From Callorhinchus milii (Eukaryota), in assembly GCF_018977255.1 (NCBI RefSeq), contig NW_024704743.1, forward strand, positions 5,582,001 to 5,646,000: 64,000 bases of DNA, read 5' to 3'. Below the pieces are notes generated by a model. The model ran no database searches. It was not told where the DNA came from and saw only the letters and a program-made list of their open reading frames with translations. Below, piece after piece: positions 36,026 to 50,324 of the stretch. A program made the translations under genes and the position numbers. Within the stretch, counting starts at the first letter, position 1; each line of letters opens with the position of its first letter.

Positions 36026-39000
36026 CCTTGCCTGTCACAGCCATTGTTTGGTTTCCATATCATCTCTCGCCAGAGGAGAGAAACTGTTGGAGAGTTTCTG
36101 CTCCTGCTCTGTTAGCCAACCATAATTGCTGGCCCCTTTTCTAACAGAGACCTTCTCTAGGTACGGGGACTCCACTCCTACTCTGTCCCCTAGCAAGGTC
36201 TCCTCTAGTACGCCATTTATAAAGACTTCTGTCTCCCTAACAGTTTGGTGCGTGACCAGTCGCTCACTGAAGTAAACATATCACAATTTCTGCAATGCAC
36301 AAAGTATCTGATCATTATGTATGGCATTTTGAGAAAGAAAAAAACCTTTGGCACTAGTTAGGTTTTCCCGCCTGTACCTCTTCCCCCCACTTCTGCCCCG
36401 AATTCCCCCTCTCTCCAAATTCCTGGTGTTGATGCCTCACTCCATTCCCAGCTCGTTCTGGTGGGTTCTTTGCTTGAGTCAGGCTCTTGCAAGCTTCCCC
36501 TTTAGATAATCTTCAGACAGAACCAGTTTTAACTGGTCACCTACCAACTTGCACCTGGTCAGTGACTCCCTGTTGACGAGAAAAACAAGTTAGAAAAAAA
36601 AACAAGTGAACAGAATCTGTACCATTTTACCAATAGATTCCCAATCTCTCCAAATTCCTGTTGTTGATGCCTTCACTCTGTTCCTAGCTCCCTCTGTTTC
36701 CAGCTCGCTCTGGTGGGCTTTCTGCTCTGAATGATGAGGATGACAGCATTGAATGACTCAGTAGCATTGTGCAAGCCAGATAACGACACACATGTGACTC
36801 ACCCGTCGACAAGAACAAATTAGTATCACAGATTTTCAATTTCTGGAAAAATATTCCAATTTAAACTGAATTTTCCTTTTAAGGTTTATTGACCACAGTC
36901 ACAGAAGTTGCAATAAATACAGACCATATATTTATCTACAGTAGGAGTATTTGATGAAGCAATGTACTTTCTGGTGACACTGATCTTTATTCCACTGGGC
37001 TCTACGTTTATTTAATTTTGAAGCCAATTGTCTTTAAGTTTGTTTTAAAAATTTACAGAAAGTAAATAAACTTCAAAGATAAGACTAAATTCTAAATTTG
37101 CCATATTCTGCACAATCCAAATGTTACATAAAGAGAGTAAATCTAAATTTCCTTCATCCTGTATATCCCGGTCATATAAATCAGCATGGGCTTACTTCAA
37201 AACCAATATAATCTCCTCAATAATAATCCTTGCATTTGATATAGTGCATTATCATGTCTTCGAGATGAATCAAAGCGCGTCACAGAATATACTGTAAAGT
37301 GTAGTGACTGTCTATTTTGTGGGCAAAACATGACAGCCAATTGCACACAGAAGATGGATATCCAAACCTGAACCCAGCACTCCAAATGAGGTTCGACCAG
37401 CATTACGGTAATGTAATAGCTTTTATGATTAGGTAAATAGGGTCGCTTTTACGATCAGGTCCATCTCAACCCCCTAAATCCTTTTGCTCTTCACCCCCAT
37501 CAATGCATTCACTCCTGTGGTTCATATACTATTGAATCTCGATTATGATCTAGCCTCTGTATACTTTGGTTCCCGGTCATCACAAAGTGCGAAAAGTCCA
37601 TACACGCAAATTAGCAACTTCACAATTTTGAAATTACTGTGAAAATATGAATACCTTAGCAGCTGGCAGAATCAGAAAACATCCCTATAATAAGGCAACA
37701 TTTTCAGCCTCTATTTGCAGAAAAAAATCTATTGAGCCCATTGGGAGGCAGAGCAGCTGTAAGAGTGAAATTATCACCAGTTAACAGCTTTGAGTGGTTT
37801 TAAATTTGTAGCACAGATTGCTGCTTTTATAGATATTTCAGTTCTGAAAGGCTTGTGCATCGCGTCCTCATAATAGAGCTGTCACTTAAATGTGGAGTTA
37901 AATGTATCTCGATTGTTTGTACAGAGACTGTCGTGACTGAGTCCCAGTGCTTGAAATTGGACTTACATAAGAATATACACGAAATACAATTCTTTCACAA
38001 CTGCCATTGAAATCTATATTTAATAACGCGTTGCTACTAATTGGTTGCTTTAAATTAAGAATTATGTGAGTTAAAAAAAACAATTGGTGGCTTGACCCTG
38101 GTTTTCCTGCAAACTATACAGTCACTTCGCTTTAGAGTCAATCCTCTTTGAGACATTCTTCCAACACGAAATGCATTGTATCAAATGCAAGAATTATTAT
38201 CTATTAGGTTTAGATGCAGAACACTAGAAGTAGTCGATTTTCTTAACATAAACAGGGAGCAATGCAACAAGCAGGAATAATGAGGAAAGCCATTGAGAAC
38301 TATGAAATCTTTTTAAAAAAAAACTCTGAACTTTATAAATGGCTAAAATGAAGTGCTTTATTGATCAAAATGCATTTCATGCCCAAAGGAACTGATTCCA
38401 AATCGAGTGTGCACTGCTATCATTTTGCTGCGTAACAAGGATTAAGCCCACGGAAATGCCAGTTGATGTTATACAATTTGCACTCCGGAATCACAGATGC
38501 TATTCAAATTGTCCCTTGCAGTAAGGTTCATGCGAAGTTGCTGCCGAGCACTTTAAAGGCACTCAGTCTTGGGCAATAATGCGCATTTACATTTACTTTT
38601 TGGCTTTGCAGGCAGAGATGAGCAGCAAACAAATTATATTCAAGATAGCCTGTGTGACATTTAAATGGTGGTTGTCGGCAATTCTACTTGGTTTTCCTTG
38701 TGCATCTTCCTCATGCAAACAGTATCTCGCCTATGAAGCTGTAGTGACACATGTCTCTACGTACATTCAAATTCGCTTTCCAGAATGCAGAATGATGCTG
38801 TGCCGTGGGATTGGTAAGGTTCTCTGCTGAGTGAATTCAAACTCAATACAGTGCATCCTTTTTATAACATCGGTGGTTAGTTATCCGTTTTCTGGATGCT
38901 GCCTCAAAGAATACTGTACGTTTTGGGTTTTATTAGTGTGGCAGAAAATACAAGTGAATTTGTTTATCTATTTTCTGCCATTACAGAAAGGGAAAAAGGA

Positions 39001-40084
39001 CCAAGAGTTTGTTCGTCAAATACTTCACTGAATATTATAAAATATATCAATAATTCTTGCATTTCATATATTGCTTTTCACATCAGCAGGTTATCTTAAA
39101 GTGCTTCTCTATAAAGTATAGTGACTGTGTATTTCGTAGGTGAATGCAGCAGCCAATTTGGGCACAACAATATCCCAAAAAACAGCCATGAAGTGAATCA
39201 CCAGTTTTATTTTATTGTAGCAAACCCTGACAACATTTAATGCACACAATGCTGTTTCTGCTCATTATATGGGTGTGATTTGATGCGCTCGTCAATGTTT
39301 AACCTCGTACAGTCTCCCTTTCATCTGCAGCCTTGTAGACCAGCACGGAACAACTGTGAGCGTTGGCCGAAACTGATTAAAATAGTCTGTACAGACATTG
39401 CCATGGCAACAGTGACAAGCTGATTACATGCCTCCTTTGAAAGAATCCAGAGAAATGTATGCTATAGAAGAAGGTTATTTGGCTTATTGTGTCTGTGCTG
39501 TGTCTTCAAAAGAGTAATCTATGATATCCCATTTACCTGCCTTTTCCCCTTACTCGTGCAAATTACTTGTCTTATCCTGCACCATCTACTTCACATTACG
39601 TCCGCCTCACTTCTATTTTCTATTTTCTGATCTATGCTAAGCTATGATTTTTTACAATATGTACTTTTTTTCCATTTGCGTCTAGAAACCACTCTGGGTC
39701 AATAGAAAAAATAATATAGCTGGTATTCATGTTAATAAATGGGCCAATACTCCAAATCCTTGAATGCTTGTAACCTTATTGATAGCCAGCTCACTGATAA
39801 GCAAAGATTAAAGTAATCATTTTCATTGCACGGTTTTAGATGTTAAATCAACTTTTTAAATTTAACTTTGAAAAGATTTTTAAAAAAAAGAGACAACAGA
39901 TTCCTACCTGTTTTAATGCAAGGTTCTGTTTTCAGATTCCTCTCTCTGGTGTCCTTTAGGTAAAATTCTCTGTTTCCTTCCTGCTCACAAGGATGTCGAT
40001 ATGTGCTCAATCAAAACATTTTCATACGAGAAAACATCTGGATCTTATCAATAGTAACAAAATAAAAGTAATATTAATAAAAAG

Positions 40085-40253
40085 GTCACTCAATCCACAA
40101 ATGTTTGTGGGACGCTGCTGTGAGCAATTGGCTGCTGCATTTCGCCCACAAAATATACAGTCAATTCACTTTACAGTATATTCTGTGAAGTGCTTTGAGA
40201 CGTCTCGAAGATGTGAAAAGGCGCTGCATCAAATGCAAAGATTATTATTGTTA
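40085..40253 (+). mobile_element. Family B SINE 3' half
   Basis: GGTCACTCAATCCAC...CTGTGAAGTGCTTTGAGACGTCTCGAAGATGTG...CAAATGCAAAGATTATT. Confidence 0.88.
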
Positions 40254-40529
40254 TTGGTACCCATATATGCTACAAAACATAATCATCGCACTGTACATCG
40301 TGTAAATCTCCTTGCCCATCTTCCTGCTTGGCTTCAGCCCCTTGAAAAAAGGGGTTTTCAACTCTTGACTCTGAAGCACCACATGAATGTATAAGCCACA
40401 CTATGTAAGAAGTATGGAATTTGTAATGTTCTACAACTCAAAAAAGCATGACTTTATTTAAATAAATAGTATTTTATAATATGTAAAGGGAGCTTCTCCC
40501 AGTTTCCTCGCCAACAATCACCTAAATAA

Positions 40530-40975
40530 TTCTCACCCACACCAAACTCCGCTCCCCAATCACCCCAGTCCTTGCCAGACTGCACTGGCTGCCTATCCCA
40601 GAGAGGATCAACTTCAAGATCCTCACCCCTTGTGTTCAAATCCCTCCACTCCTCTGCACCCGCCCATACCTCTCTAACCTCCTCTCCCCTCAAAACAGTA
40701 CCCGTTGCCTTCGTTCCCCCGGGTCTGGCCTCCTCCTCGTCCCCCGAGTCTTCTGCTCCACCCTCGGTGGCTGTGCCTTCAGCCACTACGCCCCGAGGCT
40801 CTGGAACTGCCTTCCTCACTCCCTTCGCCTCTCTCCTTATTTTCAGGTCTCTGTTGAAGACCTTTCTTTTCGACCTTTGGTCACCTTCCTCCCCCTCCCC
40901 CTGGCTCGGCCCCGGGATCCATTACTGTGAAGCGCTCTGAGACGGCGCTATATAAATCCAAGGTGTTGTTGTTGT
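40530..40975 (+). mobile_element. Young L2 LINE 3' end
   Basis: Same family as the copies at 10306, 26447 and 35380-35580; ends GCTATATAAATCCAAGG(TGT)n. Confidence 0.9.
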
Positions 40976-43234
40976 AGTTATAAAATTGGTCATTTATTTC
41001 AATGTTTTCTTTTGTGGGACGTTGCTGTGCACAATTGGACTGCTATGTTTGCCTACAAATATACAGGCACTCCATTTCAAATTAAATTCTGTAAAGCGCT
41101 TTGAGACATGTGAAAGTCCACAATACCAAATGCAAGGATTATAATTGGGATTATTATTAATATCTTAATTAAAAAATGCCTTTAGATGATCTGCAAAACA
41201 TTGCAATCTTCCATGATTTAGTTGGAGAATACCTTTATTCCAGATAAAATCCTTGACACATCTCTTTGGAAAAAGCTGAGGGAAATATGTTACATACAGA
41301 AAACTTTCCTCACTTTCAGGTTATTGTAGTGAGTTATTGTGTCTGGAGAAGTTCCTTCCTGAAGGGCACTGGAGAATGACTGGTAATGGGTGATGCCCTA
41401 ACAGTTTACGGTGGTGGTGGTTTGGGTATCATTCCTCATTGTCAAGAGTAGGATTGAGAATGTTATGTTCACCATCAAATTATTTAAAGAAGATCTGCTA
41501 TCATGTCAGTAATGGTATGTTTGAAGCAAAACTACACAGGTACAGGTTTGAGCTAAAATGAGACTTTTCACTCTGTCACCATCAAACCTCACGTAACTCA
41601 AATTGCCTGTGGAACTCAAATCCAATATTGTGGTCTAAAATAAATGTTTCAAATGAAATTGAATGAAATTATATGTTCATGAGATAAGCAAAAGGTTTTC
41701 CAGAACTCATTCATTGAAATTTATATTATTCTCATATCTTGAGTGTATCAAAGCAGGAGTCTCTCCATCAGTGCAGCCAAAATAAGTTTTATTTAATTTT
41801 TTATCCTGTCTATTTTATTAGTACTATTATTATTTTAAACAATTTTAAGCAGTGTGTCCTGGTTACTCTGGTAGATTGACTGGGAGAAGTTTCCAAGCCC
41901 AATAATGTGAAAGAGCTGAATTAATACCTATCTGAACAAAGATCAACAAATAAACCAGGTTAAACCTTCACCTGAAAGAGATAGAGCTGGTAACATTGCT
42001 CATTTTAAGGGTTTTGCTTATTGAAGTTGCCTTTTTGTTATATGGTATTAGGTATTATGAGATAATAGTATTATATTGTACAATAAGTATCTCAAGATGA
42101 TCGATATAGTAAATTACGTCCAAAACTATGTATTACAAGTGTCATTGTAGAAATGCTTCCACACAGAATCATAGAATCTTATTGCACAGAAAGAGGTCAT
42201 TTGGCTCATCATGCCTGTGCTGGCTCTTTGAAAGAGGTACCAACTAGTCTGATTCCCCCGCTCTTACCCCATATACAGTCTATTTTAAGGATTTTGTGGT
42301 TCAGCTTTATCGCACGCTGTCAAAGTAATCAACTGGCCAGGACACTGCAGCTTGGTGTACTGCTGGGGGACGGTAGGATAGGTGTTATGGAGCGATGAGA
42401 TCACAACGGACAAAGAGCCTTCTTCATCCAGACCAATCTTGTGATCTTGTCTGATATTGTGAAATTTGAATAGCTTTCTTGCATTGTACAAGATACCCAT
42501 TCCTGCCCACACTCTTCGGTCAAGTGCTTTCAAATGTGAGGAATTCCTGCTTCCTCTCCCTGTTCCCAATTTTGGGAGATCAGGCCTTGCATGCACTGTG
42601 GCATTCTGTATTTGGGATCACAAGATAATTGAGGTGTCACCTAGTGGAGTGTTGCTTTAAGAAGTCATGACATGCTCAGTAAGGCTGGAGGAGGTGATAC
42701 GGAATGGATTTGGGAGACATTTTGTGGTAACCTGCTTCGGATGTTACTGAGGAGAATAAAAACTCGAGCGTAGACAACATTCCGAATGTTGGCACAGATT
42801 CCCACCGAAGAGCAAATCCATACAGGTAGGCAGACACGATCCAAATGGGAAGAATTCCCCCATGGACAAGCCACCAGAACACAAGGAGATCTCCTACTTG
42901 GTACATAATTACCGATCATTTCCAATTAGTGATGAGCAACCTGTTAAATTATACCTTCGCTGGAGCTTGTGTTGCTGTGCACATGATTTAGCAACTGATG
43001 CGTTGAGTCCGAGACATTCAAGCTCAAGAATTTTCATAGCTGAAGCAATGGAGTTATAAAGTGTTTACCTGTCTCTTTCCACTTGAGTTCCTTGTTTCAG
43101 TTAAAGAAATCTACCCTGAGAAAAAAAACGCATTTGACAATTTATTATTTACTTGTGGAGAGAAAGAAGATCCATGATCCCTGTGCTATGCTAACTCACT
43201 ACCAGATGTGACTTTCAGCAGTGCTACATCTCAC

Positions 43235-44070
43235 TCAACTGAGATGATGATGATGTTTTTAAATGTGACTTATCGATGCAGAGAAGCTATGGGTATGGGC
43301 AGAGATGTGGCAAATAAAGTTCAGTGTCGAAAAATGCTTTGCATTTCAAATCAAATTGTACTAATCAAATTGAAATATGCCCTAATATTTTGACTGCAAT
43401 GATATAAGGAACAGAGGGATCTGAGGATACAGATACCCAGATCTGCAAAAAATAGCAATGACGCATAAAAAGGGTAAATGGAATTCTAGGTTTTATTTAC
43501 GGGGCCACTGAATGCAAAAGTAGGATAGTCATGAACCTTTACAAGACATTTGCCGGTCTACAGCTGGACTATTGAGTGCAGTTTCGGGCTAAGTTTCAGA
43601 AGGACCATCAGACAGTCTATGGAGAGAGTTTAACACAGATCAACTGAGATGATACCATGAGAAGGAGTGCAGTTATGATGAAGGGGATTTATAAGAGTGA
43701 TATTCACTGCAGGAGAGGACCTAGTAAAAATGCTTGCAGTTTGGAAAAGGATTTGAGAAGGTAAAAAAAAATTGGAATGCTTGGTCAAATAAACAACAAG
43801 GGAGGATACTAAATTGGAGATTGTTTCTCAAAGCTCACAGAGAGAAGTGAGAAGGTGATTTTAATATGGGAGTTATTAAGAATGCATTACCACAAATGGC
43901 TATTGAATCTTAGTTAATTAAAACATTTCAATGTGCATTATATAAACAATTCAAGAATTGAGATATAAAAGGGTATAGAGAAAAAGCAGGGAAATGGGAT
44001 TAGAATAGTAAATTCCAGTGGGGAACGCATGCAGTATGGGTGTGATGGGCAAAATAGTCTCTTTCTGCTC
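43235..44070 (+). mobile_element. Old CR1 LINE 3' portion
   Basis: GAGGGATCTGAGG, CAGCTGGACTATTGAGTGCAGTTT and GCAGGGAAATGGGATTAG...GATGGGCAAAATAGTCTCTTTCTG are CR1 hallmarks. Confidence 0.75.
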
Positions 44071-45692
44071 AATAAACATAGCATAATTTATTTCATTGTA
44101 TTCTTGCAATATCACTCATTTGTCTACAATCTCATTTGTCTGTTTCGACATATAGTGTTGTGTAATATAATTACACATGAACCTAGCAAGAAGTGCAATA
44201 TAATGAAGACTTACACATCAAATTGACTAGGTTAGAATAGCTTTTGAACCCAGACTTGATGCCTTGCAGTGCATTGTTTAAGATCATTTCATCATTACTG
44301 CCTCAACGTATCTGAAAACCTTCTGAATTTAGGTTTGATCCAATTCATCGCAAGAATTACCTACCCACAAAGACAAACACTATTTGGAAGACAAAGAAAA
44401 TTTAAAAAAAAGTTTTATTTTGCTCTTCCCTCTGAGGAGTCACCTTAAGTTCCTGATCTGCGAAGAGTTAATGGATCTCAGCTGGAGTCAGATGGATATA
44501 TAAGCAGGAAAGGTGGCTCGTGCTTGTTTTTCTGCAGAAATTTATTGGCCCCAATCCATGTCTCGCAGAAATCCTTTTATACGGAGCTGAGATTGTGATC
44601 CACCGAAAACCAAATTGTGACAAAATGTCTTTACGATGGAGGTACCTGACAGTGTTTGACAGAAATGGTAACTGCTATATCTAAGATCAAAGGTGACCAT
44701 GTAGGAATGTACATGGAAAAAGAGAGAATTTCCATGAGAGACTGAATGAGAAAGGTGAGACTGTCAGATAATTGTGTGACATTGGAGCAGATGTGCTTTT
44801 AATGAAAAGTGTGCTGTCCACAACATCGAGGAAGAATACTCTTCAGACTTATGGTGGATTGAGGTAATTGGCGTTGAGTAGGAACTGACTGACTAATTGA
44901 ACAAGGAGACACTATCTTTAACTTCCACCTGGAAGGGAGTAGCAGATGCAATATAATCCATCCAATTGAGCAAAGCTGCTGCCATTGGGCTTGGGCATCA
45001 ACTAATGGCTTACAGAAATTATGGCATGTTTTAGAAGTGAAGGAACCAGTTATTTGTACCTCACTCAGAGTTAAAGCTGTTTGACTACAGATGCAACAAC
45101 AACAACATGCAATGATACAGTGCTCTTCATCCAGGGTAGTGACTTGGAGCATAGTTTGACACCAAGCTGGGGAGAAAGGGTAAGTGACTGATCGAAGAGT
45201 AAAGTCCTCAGGCTCGACCTGAAGATGGGCAAAGAGGGAGCAAGGTGGAGGGACTGAGGTAGACAGTTCCAAAGGGTCAGGATCCATAACACATTGTCTA
45301 CTGTGCATGTCTCAGCTTTCTGTAACCTTTCAATCCATCAAATGTTCTGATGTAATTTAGTGACCATCTCTCCTGACAATAATTCAGCTTTCTCACATTG
45401 TTAGGCTCAGTAATTCTGACAAGTCAGATCCTCCCCCTCCCATAATACCACCAGCACTTACTGTTTAGGTCACATTTTTTAAAAAACAATTACCAATAGA
45501 ACCTGACAGGAAACATCTAGATGTTAAAATAAATAACTTATTTTTATTAAGTTTGGGATTTCTTTGAAAGGCTGCTGAGACTCCCTCTTTAACAGTAATT
45601 TTTAAAACTGAAAAGGCTCCAAGGAGTGTTTTCAATGCTGTGGGGCAATGTGTCAACTTCACTTCATGATGCTGCTCTAATCTCTATATTAG

Positions 45693-45769
45693 GTGTTTCA
45701 GCTCAGTTAACTAGCACTTGCCTTCAACGCAATACATCTGTTGGAACCCCCTTCTGGATGGCCCCAGAG
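45693..45769 (+). CDS. MYO3A: Myosin IIIA coding exon 5 (77 nt; activation loop)
   Basis: Encodes (G)[25 protein letters not shown]. Acceptor attag, donor gtaagt; phase 1/0. Confidence 0.96.
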
Positions 45770-47743
45770 GTAAGTACGGAAACTCCAAGGACAGTCAACC
45801 CCTCACCTCATTACCTAATCCACTGGGTGATGACTGACTGACTGACTCGAAATAACATTAGCCGTCACTACTGTTCAGTGCATTTACTTGGACCACGTTT
45901 TGTGCTTTAACATAGTTATTAAAAAAAAACCTAGTCTACAAAGAAGGAACATGTATTCCTAACTTGGCTCGAGTCAAACCACTATCAGAATATGATAGGG
46001 AGTCTTGCCACCTCTTTTGGTCTTGGACAGGCTTAAATCACTCAGCTTTTGCTTTGTTTCTGTGTTGAATCCCCCTCCCCCATTGCTAATTTTCAATGCA
46101 GGACAATTAAAATGCAAACAATAGGAAGTAATCAAAATATGAGAAACTGGTTATCACTAGGCGGACATCATCCGAGCAATCTACATTGTTAGCCCTGCTT
46201 ATTCTACAGCAAACATGGTGTCAATGTAATATCCAGATGCATCCTGTAATTGTAATATTCTCACTTAGACCCGGATAATCTGCCTTTACTACATAATTGT
46301 CCACATTCCTTACATTAGCTCAGGGAGGAGGGGATTATGTCGTTTATACTTGCAGCATTAAATCTCATTTAACTGGATCTCATTGCATTACTTTACGCTT
46401 AACATAAAGCAAACCTGTGCATCCACAATGTATACAGGCCAGGATTAAAGTCAGCCCTGTCCACAGTCAAGTGACCAGAATCAAGGAACAATTGCAGAAT
46501 ATTAAAGCAGTAAAATTCCAGATTTAAATTACAGATTGCAGAAAAAAGTAAATATTCAGAATTTGAAATGGTCTGCGAAGTGAAAATCTTGCTCTCTTCT
46601 ATCCCCCTGAGAAGGCTATACCTCTGCCACTTTATCAAATAGGTCAAGCAAATTTTACTGAGTTATCCTTCCAATACTCTGCACATTCTCACTGTCTTTC
46701 TTCTGAAATCCACCAACAAAACCATTTTCAAGAGCAGCTAAAAACATTTGGTTAAAATTCCCTTTAACTCTACAAATTACTTTATGAACTCCATGTCGCT
46801 TTTTCCTTTATTTTCAATATCCTAGACTCAGATTATTGTGCAAACAAGAGAACATTGACCAACCTAGCTTTCCCAGAACCTTTGGCTCTTAACATGTGAA
46901 AATCCAGGGTTTCTTTACCAAAAAACATAAAGGATTTACAGTTATCAGGGCGCTAGTTAATCTGAGCACAACACGTATTTCCTGCAATTTTAGCAATGAA
47001 GTGTGAACTAGTATTACATAAACACAGCAACCTTTTGTGTATTTAGTTATCTAGAAAAATAATATCTAATTTTCTCTACATATACAATTTAGGCTGCATC
47101 GACATAGGCTATTTTTAGCACAATGACAATAATCTGAGTTGAAACAATTTTGTATAGGAAAAAAAAATCAATGTACCGTAAATAATTGTAATATCCTGTG
47201 CCTTTCTACATTCATTGCTGATGTTAAAATTATTTCTTTCTTTCCCTAATTTATACTTCGCCTTTTTTTTTTACTGTCAAAGAAAATCGAACACATTAGT
47301 GCGACAAGAGTCAGAACCGTTTCAGAAATGAGGTTTCTAACTAGCTGCCGATTAAATCTGGAACTAATTCCAGCCATAACCTGTAAATATGGAAGTGCTG
47401 GAGAGTAACAAGACATTCGGCCTGCTCGAAACTCTTTTAATAATGATGTATCGGCCCTGGATGAGAGCAGATTCTAACCAGGAGATCACCTTATGGGAGC
47501 AGGAAAAAAGAATGTTGTTTCTGCCCAGAATTAATGTATAGTGAAGTTTGCTTGGGGCAGCTTGGGGCAACGTCATTTAAAATCATAACATTTAGAAAAT
47601 AGTTCAACAGAGGATCAATTGTAAGAGACAGTGGCCTGGGTAGCCACATTAGTTAGGTTCAAAATTATATTTAATACCTCTCGAAAGCATTACTCAGATT
47701 ATGACTGTTTCACTATAAGATTCGAACGTTTTTTCTGCTATGA

Positions 47744-48094
<351 letters not shown>

Positions 48095-48215
48095 TAAATG
48101 TATCTACTTCCTACTTCAATCTCACTCAGAATGACTAAGGACACGTAACATTTGTTGACTGCATTGGGTCAATCCTGTATTGTATTTACTTTAAATAAAA
48201 CCAATCTATTACAAC

Positions 48216-48485
48216 AACATAAGAACTTGCTATGCGAAAGAAGACCAAGGTCCATCTAGTTTGCCTTCCACCATCTTGGCAGTCACTTGACATGTCGCTT
48301 CCCAGACTATATACTGTATCCCAAGATATTATTTTCTAGGAGAAATCTATCTCATTTATTCATGAAACAAATGACATTTTCTGCTTCCACTGTCTTCCTA
48401 GGGAGCCTGTTTGTTAAGTTTACTCCTCACTCATTGAACTAGTGTTTTGCACAGATTTGTTCTGAATTTACCCCACTTCAGTCTA
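48216..48485 (-). mobile_element. CR1 3' end
   Basis: ACATAAGAAC...AAGACCAAGGTCCATCTAG...GCTTCCACTGTCTTCCTAGGGAGCCTGTT...TTTGTTCTGAATTTACC is a reversed CR1 end. Confidence 0.65.
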
Positions 48486-50324
48486 CTAATTTTTAGATAA
48501 CCAAGATCGTAAGAGACAGGTACTCCTTCAATAACCTGTTTTATTAAAGAAATCTTTATACAGCGATGTTCATGCACAGAAAGGCATATTTACCAATCCA
48601 GGAAACAATATCTTTATTGTCTTCTTCATTTTCGAGCCTGTTTCAACTTTAGGCTAGTTAGTGACCAATACGTATAACCCTAAACAAACATGTCAAAGGC
48701 TGTCCTTGCCCATTTACCCATCCTATGCTTCACTTAAAAGAACAAACACTTCAAACAACTCACACTGGTCACCCTCCCTGCTACTGCAGTCTGTTTCTCG
48801 AAGTTTGAGACTACTCCAACACATTCCCACATCTGCATGCCAAAGCCCCTCGATTCACACAACTACACAAAGATATAAGATCAAGTAAAAACAGACATAT
48901 TCATTCGTATCAAGGTTCTTCACTTAAAAAGGTTATAATAGTACAAATATTAAGTAACTTCCATTCGAAGCAAAAGACATATAATATGTAACTCATAAAC
49001 CCAAATTATATAAACTAAAATTCTGTAAACAGCACAATAATCAATGTGACAGAATCAAATGGTTTAAAATATTAAAATTATTACAAATATAGTACAGTTT
49101 CATATTGACAAAGCTTTAGACAAATCATATATATACATTGCTATGATGCATCATTCCTATGTCAAGAACAATTCATCCAGGATGCATTAGACTGAATGCC
49201 TATTGATCTAATGGATTTGAGGGAGGGAGAATTTAGCAATACATTGGCAATCTCCCTTGAAGAAATCACAAGGATGAAACTAAAAGGGGGGGATTTCTCT
49301 GAGTCAGATTGCTGACGTATAGTTAACATATAGTGTTCAATTGGAAACAATAAGAAACAATTTTCACTGATGCAGCAGTCATTTGCTTTAGGAGATATGG
49401 TTAGGGAATATCGCTATGCATGTAAGAGGACATTTCATGTTGAATTGGATTGATCTTAAGATCTGTAATATTATTGAAGTATCAATGACACTCCAGGTTA
49501 TTTAGCAACTGGTTGCGTTCACATTGTGTCTTAATAGCATTATAAAAAGTCATGGATTTCCACACCGTTCTGTTAGCTCTCTCCTTTGCAGCAAGAAATA
49601 TTTGGAGTGGATTACATAAATCTGGCTTCCCACTCTGAACCTCTCTACAGCTGAAAGGGAAAACAAACAGCGTTTATCTGGATCTCATTATATTTGATCT
49701 ATGAACACGTTATCCTAATATTGTCGTATAAAATGAAATAAAGTCATCTTTAGTCATGCTGGTGATCCTAGGAGGTGGCCTTGAATCCTGGAGATGTGGA
49801 TTGCAATAAAACTCTTTATGCCTCAGAAGATAAAATGGGTTGAACAGAATCCACGATAGGACAAACCTGACACAGCGTATGGGAGGAAATGCTCTTTTCT
49901 CCCATCTGGCTTTCTGGTGACTTGCCTTAGCAATGCAATAATATAATGAAGTTTGTAGTTATAATAATCTTTACATTTGATAGAGCGCCGCATCACACCT
50001 CAAAGCGCTTCACAGAATATATCCTAAAGTGACTGTGTATTTTTGGGGGGAAACACGGCAGCCAATTAGCCACATTGTAGTATGTACTATAATATATTAC
50101 TATATATATATGTTACCAGGTATATTGTGTATATGTTATATATACATTGTAACATATTACAATATCTGAGTATATATATTAAAGTTTGTAATATACACTT
50201 TGTAATATGGGGATAAGACAGGGATTAAATGGATTGCTCTTTCAACGGGCGAGCACAGTCCTGTGGGCCAAATGGCCTTCTGACATGCTGTATATTTATA
50301 TAGTGATAATTATCGGCACTTTCC

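Noticed and set aside
42745..42770. CTGAGGAG...CTCGAG as a second hammerhead
   Set aside because: It lacks the GAAA box and a proper helix II and III.
49085..49140. Minus-strand DLSKA motif resembling an RT domain
   Set aside because: It is only five residues in AT-rich sequence, and I could find no other RT motifs in register.
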